64,000 nucleotides of DNA, from positions 13,010 through 77,009 of the forward strand of contig JAKFFM010000039.1 in assembly GCA_036675075.1 (NCBI GenBank), read 5' to 3'. A model generated the notes under the pieces. That model did not search any database. It was not told where the DNA came from and saw only the letters and a list, made by a program, of their open reading frames with translations. Positions 31,101 to 41,425 of the stretch are shown here, in pieces. A program made the translations under genes and the position numbers. The number at the start of each line of letters is the position of its first letter. Positions within the stretch are counted from its first letter, which is position 1. Source of the DNA: Bacteroidota bacterium. GTDB taxonomy: Bacteria; Bacteroidota; Bacteroidia; JAKFFM01.

Positions 31101-31578
31101 GTACATCAATTACAAATTCAGGATCAACTTTTTCGCCTCGGTTGAGCTCCAGCGTTTTTTTCGTCAGTGTCTTTTTTGCAATCACTTTCTCACCAAGCGC
31201 TTCGGGATAGGTGATGATCAGGAATGGCTTTGAAGATCTGTTCAGCAGATCCAGGGTTTCGGCTCTTGAAAGGATATTGGCATTGTCGGTGTCTTCGACG
31301 TGATAAGGCTTCCTGTAGCTTTGAGGAAAGAATAATACATGCTCTTTTCCATTCAGGTTTTCAATATCATTCAGAAAGTACGCAGCTTCTTCGCGATCAT
31401 CCAGGATCATGAGGATGTGAGAGCGATGAAGGGAATATAAAGCGGATGCGATAAAAGACCCTGCTGAACCAGTGAGCCCTTTCAGCTGTGTTGTTGCTTT
31501 ACCGGACGCAATATTCGTTGAGATCTCTCTTACCTGGTTTGAGTTCCGGAATCTTTCGAGCACCTGTTCTGCGGTCAT
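28186..31578 (-). CDS. mfd: transcription-repair coupling factor
   Basis: GDYVVHIDHGIG, CGDVGFGKTE, DEEQKFG, TATPIPRTL, QMRGRVGR. Confidence 0.98.
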   Translation of the reverse strand: MTAEQVLERFRNSNQVREISTNIASGKATTQLKGLTGSAGSFIASALYSLHRSHILMILDDREEAAYFLNDIENLNGKEHVLFFPQSYRKPYHVEDTDNANILSRAETLDLLNRSSKPFLIITYPEALGEKVIAKKTLTKKTLELNRGEKVDPEFVIDVLNDLDFERIDFVLSPGQYSVRGGIIDVFSYASELPFRIEFFGKEVDSLRTFDIVDQLSVSQHEKITILPNIVDRQVSESRVSMLEFLPDTTLVWIKTPDLFGEKVDKEFESAEKIFNSETTIMHRSSPEELFMRSEDYKNQLSEFSFLYQAPNQWRKAASVVQFNQSPQPVFKKNFDLLIAELRSNVSKGISSLLFTDTAKQAERIYTIIEDISPDLFKDKPDAFTSIMLSIHEGFVDKDLSIACYTDHQIFERYHRFRLKSSFNKKREAITLKELQGLNPGDYVVHIDHGIGRFGGLEKIDVNGKIQEAIRIVYKDNDILYVSIHSLHRISKFSGQEGHVPKISKLGTNAWSSLKQKTKNKVKELAFDLISLYAKRKSQKGFEYSPDSYLQNELEASFIYEDTPDQEKSTAAVKKDMEAPFPMDRLICGDVGFGKTEIAIRAAFKAVTDGKQVAVLVPTTILALQHFKTFSDRLADLPCKVDYINRFKTTKQQKETLQGVVEGKIDILIGTHRIVGKDVKFKDLGLLIIDEEQKFGVSVKEKLKTIRTNVDTLTLTATPIPRTLQFSMMGARDLSVITTPPPNRYPIQTELHTFNEEIIRDAVAYEIARGGQVFFIHNKVGNIKEMAGMIQRLCPDARVITGHGQMSGEELEEVMMKFINGEYDVLVATTIIESGLDIPNANTIIINSAHMFGLSDLHQMRGRVGRTNKKAFCYLLTPPLSVLTSEARKRLKAIEEFSDLGSGFNIALRDLDIRGAGNILGAEQSGFISEIGFEMYMKVLDEAIEELKESDFKEIFKDRQSDTLELRKRPRAKTFVKDTQIDSDLEILIPDEYVSNITERLSLYKQLDDSSEEEDLQKFLTTVRDRFGNPPASVEELVETVRLRWIAGRAGIEKLVLKSRKMVAYFISNQQSPFYQSETFTRILSFVQSHPHLCRMKESNNKLMITFENISSVSEAVAVLRQILPAQDDE

Positions 31579-31593
31579 TTCAAAAAAATAAGG

Positions 31594-31621
31594 ATAGCCG
31601 GAAATGTCTATTCCCGGCTAT
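31594..31621. terminator. hairpin between fbp and mfd
   Basis: ATAGCCGG...CCGGCTAT stem; a T-rich tract follows on the minus strand. Confidence 0.5.
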
Positions 31622-31714
31622 TTTAAGGTTGTAAAAATAAAGCCAGCTTTAAATGGCTCCTGGTTATTTGATCAACAAGTGATCAGTGTATACTGTCTTT
31701 TATCTGAATAAAAA

Positions 31715-32728
31715 TTAAACGGTCTGCTTTGAGAATTTCTTCATCATCTCTTCTGATTTACTCACCATCTGTTTGGATCCTATGAATAACGGAGTGCGCT
31801 GATGAATGCTTTCCGGCTGAAGATCAAGGATCCTGTTAAATCCGTCTGTTGCGCAACCGCCTGCCTGCTCGGCAATGAGAGCAAGCGGATTGCATTCATA
31901 GAGCAGACGAAGTTTTCCATTCGGAGCCTTCGATGTTGGAGGATAAATAAAGATCCCGCCTTTCAAAAGGTTTCTGTGGAAGTCAGCCACAAGTGAACCG
32001 ATGTAACGTAATGAATATGGACGATTTGTGGCCTTGTCTTCTTCCTGACAGAACTTGATGTACTCTTTTACACCGTCAGGGAAATGAACAAAATTTCCCT
32101 GGTTCAGAGAGTATAAAGCACCATTCTCAGGAGTCTTCATGTCAGGATGTGAAAGACAGAATTCACCAATTGAAGGATCTAATGTAAATCCGTTTACACC
32201 GCGACCTGTTGTATATACCAGCATGGTGCTGGAGCCATAGATCACGTACCCGGCCGCAACCTGTGAACTGCCTTTCTGAAGAAAATCTTCCGCTGTGGCA
32301 TCTTCACCGGTGCTCACCCTTCTGTAAATGGAAAAAATCGTTCCAATGGAAACATTGACATCGATGTTTGAAGATCCATCAAGTGGATCCATGCACACCA
32401 CATATTTAGAATCGGAATTCACTTTGTTTTTGATCTGGATGATATCCTCATTTTCTTCAGATGCGATTGCGCGACACTCACCACCGCTGGCAAGTGCTGC
32501 AATGAACTGGTCATTCGCGATCACATCGAGCTTCTTCACCTCCTCACCCTGAACATTCACATCTCCATGATCTCCAAGGATATCCATCAGCCCGGCTTTA
32601 TTGACAGACCGGTTCACAATCTTTGCAGCGATGCCGATGTCTCTTAATAATCTTGATAATTCGCCTTTTGCATAGGGAAAATCATTTTGTCTTTCAATAA
32701 TAAACTGGCCCAGAGTAGTTACTTTCAT
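31715..32728 (-). CDS. fbp: class 1 fructose-1,6-bisphosphatase
   Basis: [30 protein letters not shown]. Confidence 0.97.
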   Translation of the reverse strand: MKVTTLGQFIIERQNDFPYAKGELSRLLRDIGIAAKIVNRSVNKAGLMDILGDHGDVNVQGEEVKKLDVIANDQFIAALASGGECRAIASEENEDIIQIKNKVNSDSKYVVCMDPLDGSSNIDVNVSIGTIFSIYRRVSTGEDATAEDFLQKGSSQVAAGYVIYGSSTMLVYTTGRGVNGFTLDPSIGEFCLSHPDMKTPENGALYSLNQGNFVHFPDGVKEYIKFCQEEDKATNRPYSLRYIGSLVADFHRNLLKGGIFIYPPTSKAPNGKLRLLYECNPLALIAEQAGGCATDGFNRILDLQPESIHQRTPLFIGSKQMVSKSEEMMKKFSKQTV

Positions 32729-32780
32729 TGGAGATTGGTTGGTTCTGTAAATATCGCAATTTATCCAGGAAATAGATTCG

Positions 32781-32788
32781 TAATTTTG
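32781..32788 (+). promoter_or_regulatory. -7 promoter element (TAATTTTG), 5 nt before ATG
   Basis: Exact consensus match. Confidence 0.6.
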
Positions 32789-32793
32789 CCCGC

Positions 32794-33273
32794 ATGCTCA
32801 TCCGCCAGGGAACACCAGAAGATATTCCGTCAATACTATGTCTTATCAGGGAGTTAGCACTTTATGAGAAAGCTCCGGAGGAGGTGATCGTGAATGAAAA
32901 AATTTTAAACGAAGATGGCTTCGGTAAAGATCCGCAATTCAAATTCTTTGTCGCTGAAAGTTCTTCAGGGATCATTGGACTGGCTCTGTACTTCCCACGT
33001 TATTCCACATGGAAAGGCCGTTGCTATCACCTTGAAGATATCATTGTAAAAGAGGAGCACCGCGGATTCGGCATAGGTAAACTATTGTTTGATGCTGTAG
33101 TGGATGTCTGCATCAGTGAAAAAGCAAAAAGGTTGTACTGGCAGGTGCTTGACTGGAATGAACCGGGAATAAACTTCTATAAAAAATTGAATGCACGATT
33201 TGACCATGAGTGGCTCAGCTGCAAGCTCACAGATGATGATATGAAACAGTATAAATTCAGCAAGCAGCCATGA
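32794..33273 (+). CDS. GNAT N-acetyltransferase (diamine acetyltransferase-like)
   Basis: ELALYEK, YSTWKG, LEDIIV..RGFGIG, VLDWNEP..FY. Confidence 0.9.
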   Translation: MLIRQGTPEDIPSILCLIRELALYEKAPEEVIVNEKILNEDGFGKDPQFKFFVAESSSGIIGLALYFPRYSTWKGRCYHLEDIIVKEEHRGFGIGKLLFDAVVDVCISEKAKRLYWQVLDWNEPGINFYKKLNARFDHEWLSCKLTDDDMKQYKFSKQP

Positions 33274-34532
33274 AAGTGTTCAAGTTTGGTGGTGCATCTG
33301 TAAAGGATGCGGCTGCTGTTAGAAATGTAGCGTCTATACTGAAAGGTTATCTTTCAGATAAGATCATCGTTGTTGTTTCAGCGATGGGAAAAACAACCAA
33401 TGCGCTGGAAAAGGTGGTTGACGGGATCTTCCATGATAAAGAGCATGCCCTGGATTCCCTTGAGCAGGTCAGGAAGTTTCATTTTGATATTCTTGATGAT
33501 CTGTTTCCTGAAAAAGGTAAAGTGCATGAAGAGGTGCACAATCTCTTTGTCGAGCTGGAATGGTCTATTGACGGGGATCCTGAGTTGCCATACGACCAGG
33601 AATATGATCAGATCGTATCTGTAGGTGAGTTGATATCCTCCGTGATATTGAGTCATTACCTGCGCGCTGAAGGATTCACCAATACATGGATCGATGCACG
33701 TGATATCATCCGGACTGATGATCATTACAGAGAAGGAAATGTGGACTGGAACAGCACAAAGGACCTGGTGAAATCAAAGCTTATTCCTGAATTTGATAAA
33801 GCTTCTCTCATTGTTACACAAGGATTTATCGGTGTCACTTCCGAAAACTATACGATTACCCTTGGCAGGGAAGGATCAGATTACACGGCTGCAATACTTG
33901 CCTATTGCACCGATGCCGATGAAGTGTTGATTTGGAAAGATGTACCCGGCGTTCTAAATGCTGATCCCAAATGGTTTAATGATACGATTCTCTTAAAGCA
34001 GATTTCTTATCATGATGCTATAGAGCTTGCATTTTACGGAGCAACCATTCTGCACCCGAAAACGATCAAACCCTTGCAGAACAAAAAGATCCCTTTACGT
34101 GTGAAATCGTTTATTGATCCGGAAAAGGAGGGGACGGTCATTAATGATTTTGAAAATTCACGGCTTGTTCCATCATTTATTTTCAAGGTTGACCAAGTGC
34201 TTGTTTCGATATCACCTAAAGACCTGAGTTTCATCGTGGAGGAAAACCTCAGCAGTATTTTCGATGTGTTTGCAAAAGCTGGTGTGAGGATCAACATGAT
34301 GCAGAATTCTGCTGTGAGCTTTTCAGTTTGTATTGATAACCGGAAAGACCGGTTTGAAGAGCTTATTAACGAGTTGGGCAAAGACTTTAAAGTGAAGTAC
34401 AATACTGATCTGGAACTGATCACTGTGCGTTATTATGATGATGCAACGGTGAAGCGTGTCATGACTGGCAAGGAAATGATCCTTGAGCAGAAAAGCCGTA
34501 ATACGATTCAGCTTGTCGTGCGTAACACATAG
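33270..34532 (+). CDS. lysC: aspartate kinase
   Basis: KFGGASV, VVSAMG, LGREGSDYTA, DVPGV..ADP, ACT-like C-terminus. Confidence 0.93.
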   Translation: MKVFKFGGASVKDAAAVRNVASILKGYLSDKIIVVVSAMGKTTNALEKVVDGIFHDKEHALDSLEQVRKFHFDILDDLFPEKGKVHEEVHNLFVELEWSIDGDPELPYDQEYDQIVSVGELISSVILSHYLRAEGFTNTWIDARDIIRTDDHYREGNVDWNSTKDLVKSKLIPEFDKASLIVTQGFIGVTSENYTITLGREGSDYTAAILAYCTDADEVLIWKDVPGVLNADPKWFNDTILLKQISYHDAIELAFYGATILHPKTIKPLQNKKIPLRVKSFIDPEKEGTVINDFENSRLVPSFIFKVDQVLVSISPKDLSFIVEENLSSIFDVFAKAGVRINMMQNSAVSFSVCIDNRKDRFEELINELGKDFKVKYNTDLELITVRYYDDATVKRVMTGKEMILEQKSRNTIQLVVRNT

Positions 34533-34563
34533 TTTTGGATCATTCCTTGTACCCTGAAATCTG

Positions 34564-35109
34564 ATGGAAAAAAAAGACCTTGTGATACTTGTTGATACAA
34601 CAGGTAATTATGTTGGCCTCATGGAAAAGATGGAAGCTCACAGGCAGGGCATCCTTCACAAGGCATTCAGCGTGATCATCTTTAACAGCAAAGGTGAAAT
34701 GCTGATTCAGAAAAGAGCGATGCACAAGTACCATTTCAAAGGATTGTGGAGCAATGCCTGCTGCAGCCACCAGCGACCTGAAGAAACTACGGAGCAAGCT
34801 GTAAGCCGTCGTCTCATGGAAGAGCTGAATCTTGAGAATGTGCGGACAGAATATCTCTTCACATTCATTTATAAAGCACAGGATGCGGAAACAAGCCTGA
34901 TTGAACATGAATATGATGAAGTGTATATCGGTGTTTATGATGGCCCGGTAAATCCTAATCCTGAAGAGATCGATGAGGTGCGCTGGATAAGCATGAATGA
35001 TCTTCGTGGTGAGATCGAGCTTGATCCCGAAAGGTTCAGCTTCTGGTTCAGGGAGATCGTTAAGGAGCTTAATACGATCTCGTTAAATAACCCTGCATTT
35101 AATAACTGA
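34564..35109 (+). CDS. idi: type 1 isopentenyl-diphosphate delta-isomerase
   Basis: LHKAFS, WSNACCSH, EHEYD, NPEE. Confidence 0.93.
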   Translation: MEKKDLVILVDTTGNYVGLMEKMEAHRQGILHKAFSVIIFNSKGEMLIQKRAMHKYHFKGLWSNACCSHQRPEETTEQAVSRRLMEELNLENVRTEYLFTFIYKAQDAETSLIEHEYDEVYIGVYDGPVNPNPEEIDEVRWISMNDLRGEIELDPERFSFWFREIVKELNTISLNNPAFNN

Positions 35110-35204
35110 GCGAACCCTCGTCCCAATTTTCTGTCTTCAATTGAAGCAATCAATATTTCCTTAGTTTTACAACCAGCTAACAACTAACCGAAATAATTTA
35201 TCCC

Positions 35205-35624
35205 ATGAGTCCTATCGTTAGAAACATACTTGCTGTCGTTGCAGGTTTGATCGTTGGAAGTATCGTTAATATGGCCATTGTCATGATCAGTGGTTCCATC
35301 ATTCCGCCTCCTGAGGGTGTTGATGTTACCACGATGGAAGGTTTGAAGTCAACAATGCATCTGTTCGAGCCAAAGCATTTCCTTATGCCTTTCCTGGCCC
35401 ATGCGTTAGGTACGCTTGCAGGCGCTTACATTGCTGCCTTAATAGCTGTTTCCGCGAAGATTAAGGTCGCCATGGTCATCGGTTTTTTCTTCCTTGTTGG
35501 TGGAATCGCGAATGTTATGATGCTTCCTTCTCCGACATGGTTCACTGTGCTTGATCTTGTTGTTGCATACCTTCCAATGGCGTACCTCGGTGGAAAGCTG
35601 GGAAGCCGCCGAAAGAACGCCTGA
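35205..35624 (+). CDS. small integral membrane protein of unknown function
   Basis: About 4 hydrophobic segments, PFLAHALGT motif. Confidence 0.75.
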   Translation: MSPIVRNILAVVAGLIVGSIVNMAIVMISGSIIPPPEGVDVTTMEGLKSTMHLFEPKHFLMPFLAHALGTLAGAYIAALIAVSAKIKVAMVIGFFFLVGGIANVMMLPSPTWFTVLDLVVAYLPMAYLGGKLGSRRKNA

Positions 35625-35631
35625 AGAACGA

Positions 35632-36582
35632 TCACCTGATCACATTCATCATTTTCTCAAACAGCGCACGCGCGATCTTCTCATTGGATTCATGTGTCCA
35701 TCCGGCAATGTGAGGTGTAAGGATCACCTTGCTGTTCTGCTGAAGATATTCAAAAGCTTCTTTCAATTCAGGATCAGGATTGCGACTTAGTCCTTCAAAA
35801 GATATATCCTCTATTTCCTGCACATCCAGGCAGGCGCCACTGATGCGTCCATTTTTTAATGCCTGCACAAGGCCTTTGGTATCAACCACTTTTCCCCGTG
35901 CAGTGTTTATGAAATAGAGGCTCTTCTTAAAAGAGTTGAAGAATGCTTCATTTCCCAGATGATAGGTTTCTTCGGTCAGTGGTATATGAAAGCTCAGGAT
36001 GTCTGAAAATTCTTTCAGTTCTTCCAGGGTGGATTCTGTTACATTGTCGTTGGAGAAGCCAGAAACATATTTGTCATAGGCAAGGATCTTCACATCAAAG
36101 CCACGAAGTCTTTTAGCAAAGGTGGAGCCCATGTTGCCATAACCAATGATGCCGACCGTTTTTCCATTGAGCTCAATGCCTCTGTTGCCTTCACGGATCC
36201 ATTTTCCATCGCGCACTTCACGATCAGCGCGAAGGATGTTATTGAAAAGGCAGAGCAGCATTCCTATAGCGTGTTCGGCCACAGCATCCCGATTCCCTTC
36301 GGGTGCATGTACACACCGGATACCTTTCGATTCAGCATATCCAACATCGATATTTTCCATGCCTGCCCCTGCCCTCGCAATCACTTTTACTTTACTGAGT
36401 GTTGACAGGATGTTTCTGTCGAGCCTGAACCTGCTTCGAATGACAAGCCCATCGAAATGATCTAGCTGCTGTATGACTTCTTCTTTGCCAGCTGTTGATA
36501 GATCAATGCATGCAATGCCGCTGGCTGTCAGTGCGTCCCATAAAGAGTGATGCACCGAATCAATAAAACCGATTGTAATCAT
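35632..36582 (-). CDS. D-isomer-specific 2-hydroxyacid dehydrogenase (SerA-like)
   Basis: RAGAGMENID, GIIGYGNMG, INTARG, LTPHIAG. Confidence 0.92.
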   Translation of the reverse strand: MITIGFIDSVHHSLWDALTASGIACIDLSTAGKEEVIQQLDHFDGLVIRSRFRLDRNILSTLSKVKVIARAGAGMENIDVGYAESKGIRCVHAPEGNRDAVAEHAIGMLLCLFNNILRADREVRDGKWIREGNRGIELNGKTVGIIGYGNMGSTFAKRLRGFDVKILAYDKYVSGFSNDNVTESTLEELKEFSDILSFHIPLTEETYHLGNEAFFNSFKKSLYFINTARGKVVDTKGLVQALKNGRISGACLDVQEIEDISFEGLSRNPDPELKEAFEYLQQNSKVILTPHIAGWTHESNEKIARALFEKMMNVIR

Positions 36583-37982
36583 TATACAAGTAACCCTTTA
36601 AGAAAGAGGATGGAGAATGAGAAGTAAATAACAAGACCTGTGACATCCACAAGTGTCGCGACGAATGGAGCTGATGATACAGCAGGGTCAAGTTTAAATC
36701 GTTTCAGTATGATCGGAAAGATCGAACCTGTAAATGTGCCCCACATCACGACACCTACCAGCGATAGTCCGATGGTGTATGCGAGCATAATGTAATGCGG
36801 ACCATAGCTCTGAACAAATATCGACCACAGGACGACACGTAGAAATCCGATGATACCTAGCACCATCCCAAGTGCGAATCCGGAAGCAAGCTCCTTCTTG
36901 ATAATCGTCCACCAGTCCCTGATCGTAACCTCTCCCAGCGCCATGGCACGAATAATAAGTGTTGATGCCTGTGAACCAGCGTTACCACCACTTGAAATGA
37001 TCAATGGAACAAACATGGCCAGGATGACGGCTCTGGAGATCTGATCTTCAAAAAAGCTCATGGCCGTTGCAGTGAGCGTTTCACCCAGGAAAAGAAGGAT
37101 CAGCCAGCCCACACGTTTACGGATCATCTGCAGGAGTGGCACCGACATGTACGGTTCATCCAGCGCTTCCATACCTCCCATCTTCTGTACAACTTCTGTT
37201 TCTTCTTCCCTGATCACATCCACGACGTCATCGATCGTGATCCGGCCAACAAGTCGGTTCAGGCCGTCAACGACAGGTAATGCGACAAGGTCATACTTGT
37301 CCATGATGTCAGACACTTCTTCTGATGGTGTGTTGACCTTTACGCTGATGACCCTGGAGTGATAGATGTCTCTGATCTTGGTTCTTAAGGGCGTTGTTAA
37401 AAGCTTTTTAAGTGAGAGTAATCCAAGCAGTCGTTCATCTTCATCAACAACATACACTGAATAGATGTGCTCAACTTCTTCAGCCTGGCTGCGCATTTCC
37501 CGTACGCACTGGAGAACATTGCTGTCAACATGAACTTTAATAAGCTCGGTTCCCATAAGTCCTCCCGCCGTATTCTCATCGTAGTTCAGGAGGTCGAGGA
37601 TGTCGCTTGCCTGTTCAGTGTCTTCGAGGAGAGCAAGTACTTCTTCCTGTTTCTTGTCAGGAAGTTCAGCGATGATGTCCGCAGCATCATCCGAGTCCAT
37701 ATTATCTATGAACTGCTTGGCGATCTGCTCTGAGGATAAAGATGCAAGGAACTTTTCCCTTACTTCTTCTTCAAGTTCAACGAGAATATCCGCTGCAATT
37801 TCAGGATCGATCGTATTGTAGAGATACGTTGCTTCTTCAATGTCGAGCTCATCGAAAATACTCGCGAAATCAATAGGGTGAAGATCTTTGGTGTGCTCCA
37901 GGATATAGCCATTATCCTTTGTTGATATGGCATCTCGCAGGGCAGTTAAAAAGTCGGGAGTAAGTCGGAATTGATTTCTCAT
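36582..37982 (-). CDS. mgtE: magnesium transporter MgtE
   Basis: N-domain, CBS pair, GGNAGSQ, DPAVSSAPFVATLVDVTG. Confidence 0.96.
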   Translation of the reverse strand: MRNQFRLTPDFLTALRDAISTKDNGYILEHTKDLHPIDFASIFDELDIEEATYLYNTIDPEIAADILVELEEEVREKFLASLSSEQIAKQFIDNMDSDDAADIIAELPDKKQEEVLALLEDTEQASDILDLLNYDENTAGGLMGTELIKVHVDSNVLQCVREMRSQAEEVEHIYSVYVVDEDERLLGLLSLKKLLTTPLRTKIRDIYHSRVISVKVNTPSEEVSDIMDKYDLVALPVVDGLNRLVGRITIDDVVDVIREEETEVVQKMGGMEALDEPYMSVPLLQMIRKRVGWLILLFLGETLTATAMSFFEDQISRAVILAMFVPLIISSGGNAGSQASTLIIRAMALGEVTIRDWWTIIKKELASGFALGMVLGIIGFLRVVLWSIFVQSYGPHYIMLAYTIGLSLVGVVMWGTFTGSIFPIILKRFKLDPAVSSAPFVATLVDVTGLVIYFSFSILFLKGLLV

Positions 37983-38012
37983 AGCTCGCCGTGATCTTTC
38001 AGGGGCTTGAAA

Positions 38013-38777
38013 TTAAGCTTTAATCAGGAGATTTGTTACCCGTACAAAATCCTTTACAGAAAGTTGTTCTGCTCTTTTGTCAAAGATGGGGTCATCGCAA
38101 ACCTTGCTGCCCAAGCCTGACAACGCATTCCGGAGTGTTTTTCTTCGCTGGTTGAATGCGGCCTTCACCACTTTGAAAAAATCTTTTTCATTACATCCCA
38201 GTTCTTCCTGCTCATTTCGGCGAAGCCTGATGACTGCTGAACGAACCTTTGGTGGTGGGGTGAAGGCACCGGGTTCAACGATGAAAAGATATTCTGTATG
38301 ATAGAAAGCCTGGATGAGGACACTTAAGATCCCGTACACTTTCGATCCTGGCTTACTGACAACGCGGTCTGCAACTTCTTTCTGGAACATGCCTACCATC
38401 ACAGGGACTTTTTCTTTGTTCTCAAGAATCCTGAAGAGGATCTGTGATGAAATATTGTAAGGAAAATTTCCAATCACTGCATAGGGTGGTGTAACGATCT
38501 GATCTAGATTTGCCTGGAGAAAATCAGCGTTCAGCACGCGGTCTTTGAGTAAAGGAAAATTGAAGTTCAGGTAGTCAACCGACTCACGGTCAAGCTCAAT
38601 AACCTTAAGATCGATCTCCTCAATGCCGAGAAGGTATTTGGTCAGAACGCCCATGCCTGGGCCGATTTCAAGAACCGATCGAGTTTCAGGCGGCAACAAT
38701 GCATCTACGATCTTTTTCGCTATGGATTCATCACGGAGAAAATGCTGTCCGAAATGTTTTTTAGGTCTTACTGTCAT
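38013..38777 (-). CDS. rsmA: 16S rRNA adenine dimethyltransferase
   Basis: KKHFGQHFL, LEIGPG, GNFPYNISS, PPPKV, QRRKTLRN. Confidence 0.97.
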   Translation of the reverse strand: MTVRPKKHFGQHFLRDESIAKKIVDALLPPETRSVLEIGPGMGVLTKYLLGIEEIDLKVIELDRESVDYLNFNFPLLKDRVLNADFLQANLDQIVTPPYAVIGNFPYNISSQILFRILENKEKVPVMVGMFQKEVADRVVSKPGSKVYGILSVLIQAFYHTEYLFIVEPGAFTPPPKVRSAVIRLRRNEQEELGCNEKDFFKVVKAAFNQRRKTLRNALSGLGSKVCDDPIFDKRAEQLSVKDFVRVTNLLIKA

Positions 38778-39073
38778 ACAAGTTTCAGTATCGTCCTGAA
38801 TGCAACGAACTTGTTTGCATAACGTGAAGCATGTTCTTTCTGCAATGCTGTAGCATACTGTTCCTGGTATGTTTCAAGATCATCCATGCTTCTTAGTGTG
38901 TACTGAACTGAATATGTAGTGCCTGATTCTTCATTGACCATCACTCTGAAGATGCGGTTTTCAATGAACAATCCCGTTTTCATTACATCTGGAATGTGAA
39001 CGTCTTTCATCCATGTAAGCCATTCCTCTCTCACATCATCATCAATATTGACAGTTACATTATAAAGTATCAT
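38774..39073 (-). CDS. DUF4286 family protein
   Basis: ILYNVT..WL.WM...HIP, TYSVQY, FRT pattern typical of this Bacteroidota family. Confidence 0.8.
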   Translation of the reverse strand: MILYNVTVNIDDDVREEWLTWMKDVHIPDVMKTGLFIENRIFRVMVNEESGTTYSVQYTLRSMDDLETYQEQYATALQKEHASRYANKFVAFRTILKLV

Positions 39074-39074
39074 A

Positions 39075-40889
39075 CTAGTTCAGTTTATCGCCCCGAAGAG
39101 CACGGAATCGTTTTCTTGCTTCAACGGTGTACAGGCTCCCAGGATATTTCGTAAGGATCTCCTGGTAATGCTGCTTTGCCTTTTCAATGTCCTTCATGTA
39201 GATTTCTTCAAGCTCTGCAAGTGCAAAGAGTGCATCATCACCAAGTATGTCTTCTCCATGTTCATCGAGCAGCTTTGTGTACAGCTCCATTGAACGTTTT
39301 TCATCTCCGCGCTTTTTATAGATCTGTGCTTTTTTGTAAATGATGTTATCAGCCAGAGGATGTGAAGGAAATTGTGATGTGATGCTGTCCAGTGTGACGA
39401 GTGCTAAGGAATCCTGGTTTTGATAATGCAGAAGATCAGCACGGGCGTAGATCATCATTGGAACCATGTTGCTGTCGAGTCCTGTATTGTCTGTTATAAG
39501 TAGTGAAAGCTCCAGTGCGTCATTGGCGATGAGTTTTGATGTGGAAGCTTTCAGCACGGTGAGCTGTCCCTGAGCCCACTCAAAATCTCCTGTGAAATAA
39601 GACAGTCGCGCATTTCTGAATTTTGCTTCCTGTCCTAACAAGTCTTCATGAAATGCCTTCTCAACCTGGGAGTACAGTAGGGTTGCTTCCCAGCGTTCTC
39701 CTGAAAACAGATAGATGTCACCAAGCTCCAGTTTTACCTGGCCGGCCATTTTCTGGGGAAGCTGTGGCATGTTAAGCAGCTCTTGCAATCGTTCAATGGC
39801 CTGGTCTGTTTTGTTAAGATAAAAGGCTTCAAGGTTCGCTAACCCTTTGATCACTGTGGCAACGGCTGCTGATTTACCAAGATCGGCAAGTGTGCTTTGA
39901 TAAAGTTTTTCAAGTTCAAGAATGTCCTGGCGAGTGTATGCTGACTCCAGGATCTTTTTATTCATGACCTGCAGAAGCTCCATTCTGGCGTATGAATAGA
40001 AATAGCTTTCAGTGCCTTTCGATACAATGTACTGGTAGCATTTCACAGCGACATCATAATTCCTGTTTGCAGCTGCAACCTGGGCAAGGGACATGATCCT
40101 CGAGCCATCCTGCTTCAGTCTTTTATCCAGTGCCTTGCTCTGAAAAAATGCTGCGCCAAAATCTTTCTCCTGGAGATAAAGCCAGATAAGCATCTCTGCA
40201 TAAAGCACCCTGTCCGGGTTAGACTGCACTTTCTTTAATAGCTGTGTACGAAGAAGCTCTGACTTTTTATTCTCAGGATCATCCACGATAAAGTCCTGGA
40301 GTGAGTTCTGAACCTGCTGCAAATAGGCATCACCAAGATCAAGCGCACCAAGATATTCAGAGATCATTGCGGGGTAATCGCCTTTCTTTTCATACACCTC
40401 GGCAAGCTCGAAGTTGAATGGATAGATCTCTCTGAGCAGCTTTCGTCCGTGCATATACGTTTTCACAACAAGATCAGATTTCTGGCTGTTCATGAATGAT
40501 GTGGCAAGCATGATGACCTGGTCTGGATCGGCAGTGAGGTTGGAGATTGCACGCTCGTATTCCTTTTCCGCTTTCTGTGGTTCATCCATGAGCTCATATA
40601 CAGTTCCGAGGTCAACATAGAGGTAGAGCCTTGAAGGGTCTTTCCTGATCTGCTTTTTCGTGATCTTCTCTGCATCCTTATATTCCTTAAGCTTAAGCAG
40701 GCAGTCGAAATAATCGGTGTAATATGCGGATGGATTTTTTGAATAGAGCTTTTCAAACAGGTCAGCCGCTTTGTCATATTCCTGCTGCTCGTAAAATTGC
40801 CTCGCTAGCTTTTCATCAGTGTCTGTCTGTGCAAGCACTGCATGACAGCTGATCAATAAGATGAATAAGAGTTTTAGAAGTTGCTTCAA
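39075..40889 (-). CDS. exported tetratricopeptide repeat protein
   Basis: Signal peptide plus multiple TPR-like helical repeats, IANDALEL motif; TTG start overlapping the upstream stop. Confidence 0.85.
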   Translation of the reverse strand: MKQLLKLLFILLISCHAVLAQTDTDEKLARQFYEQQEYDKAADLFEKLYSKNPSAYYTDYFDCLLKLKEYKDAEKITKKQIRKDPSRLYLYVDLGTVYELMDEPQKAEKEYERAISNLTADPDQVIMLATSFMNSQKSDLVVKTYMHGRKLLREIYPFNFELAEVYEKKGDYPAMISEYLGALDLGDAYLQQVQNSLQDFIVDDPENKKSELLRTQLLKKVQSNPDRVLYAEMLIWLYLQEKDFGAAFFQSKALDKRLKQDGSRIMSLAQVAAANRNYDVAVKCYQYIVSKGTESYFYSYARMELLQVMNKKILESAYTRQDILELEKLYQSTLADLGKSAAVATVIKGLANLEAFYLNKTDQAIERLQELLNMPQLPQKMAGQVKLELGDIYLFSGERWEATLLYSQVEKAFHEDLLGQEAKFRNARLSYFTGDFEWAQGQLTVLKASTSKLIANDALELSLLITDNTGLDSNMVPMMIYARADLLHYQNQDSLALVTLDSITSQFPSHPLADNIIYKKAQIYKKRGDEKRSMELYTKLLDEHGEDILGDDALFALAELEEIYMKDIEKAKQHYQEILTKYPGSLYTVEARKRFRALRGDKLN

Positions 40890-41425
40890 TGGACGTTCAT
40901 TAAACTGTCTGCCATAACCTTTTGATTCAGCAATTCATTTGCCGTTATGAACGTTTCTCTTGCTGAGTCAAACCACTGATCCATTTTTTTGAGATTTCTC
41001 TGTAGCATTTCAATGGCAGCTTTCTCTGTAGAGGCATTATTCTCAAGCTCATCAAGGCTTACACTTTTTTCAGAGGCATCTTTTGTGAGGTTTTCAACCT
41101 GCTTAATACTGTATGAGACCTCTTTCTCAAGTGTATCCTTGCCGGTTTTGTAATCTCTGAGAGATGACTGCAGCTCAAGGTAATCTTCAAGGATCGTCTC
41201 TGTTTCAGCTGTCATGGTATCTGCCAGAACATTTCTGACTCTTTCAAGAGTTCCGTCCATCAACAATAAAATGCTGTCTTCAGGATTCTTATTGAGAATA
41301 ACGAAAAGTGAATCCGTTTGTTTTAACTGATTCTCAAGCATGGGTACCACCTCGTTCTTTTTTTCCTGTTCACCCTGGCAGGCTATGAATAGGAACATAA
41401 CGAAAATGATCGCAAGCTTTTTCAT
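40886..41425 (-). CDS. hypothetical helical lipoprotein
   Basis: Lipobox FIAC after MKK plus a hydrophobic stretch; TGATG overlap with the serS stop. Confidence 0.7.
   Translation of the reverse strand: MKKLAIIFVMFLFIACQGEQEKKNEVVPMLENQLKQTDSLFVILNKNPEDSILLLMDGTLERVRNVLADTMTAETETILEDYLELQSSLRDYKTGKDTLEKEVSYSIKQVENLTKDASEKSVSLDELENNASTEKAAIEMLQRNLKKMDQWFDSARETFITANELLNQKVMADSLMNVH

Noticed and set aside
34568-34575. A8 run at the start of idi as a slippage site
   Set aside because: A-rich early codons are normal in Bacteroidota, and a shift would yield no meaningful product
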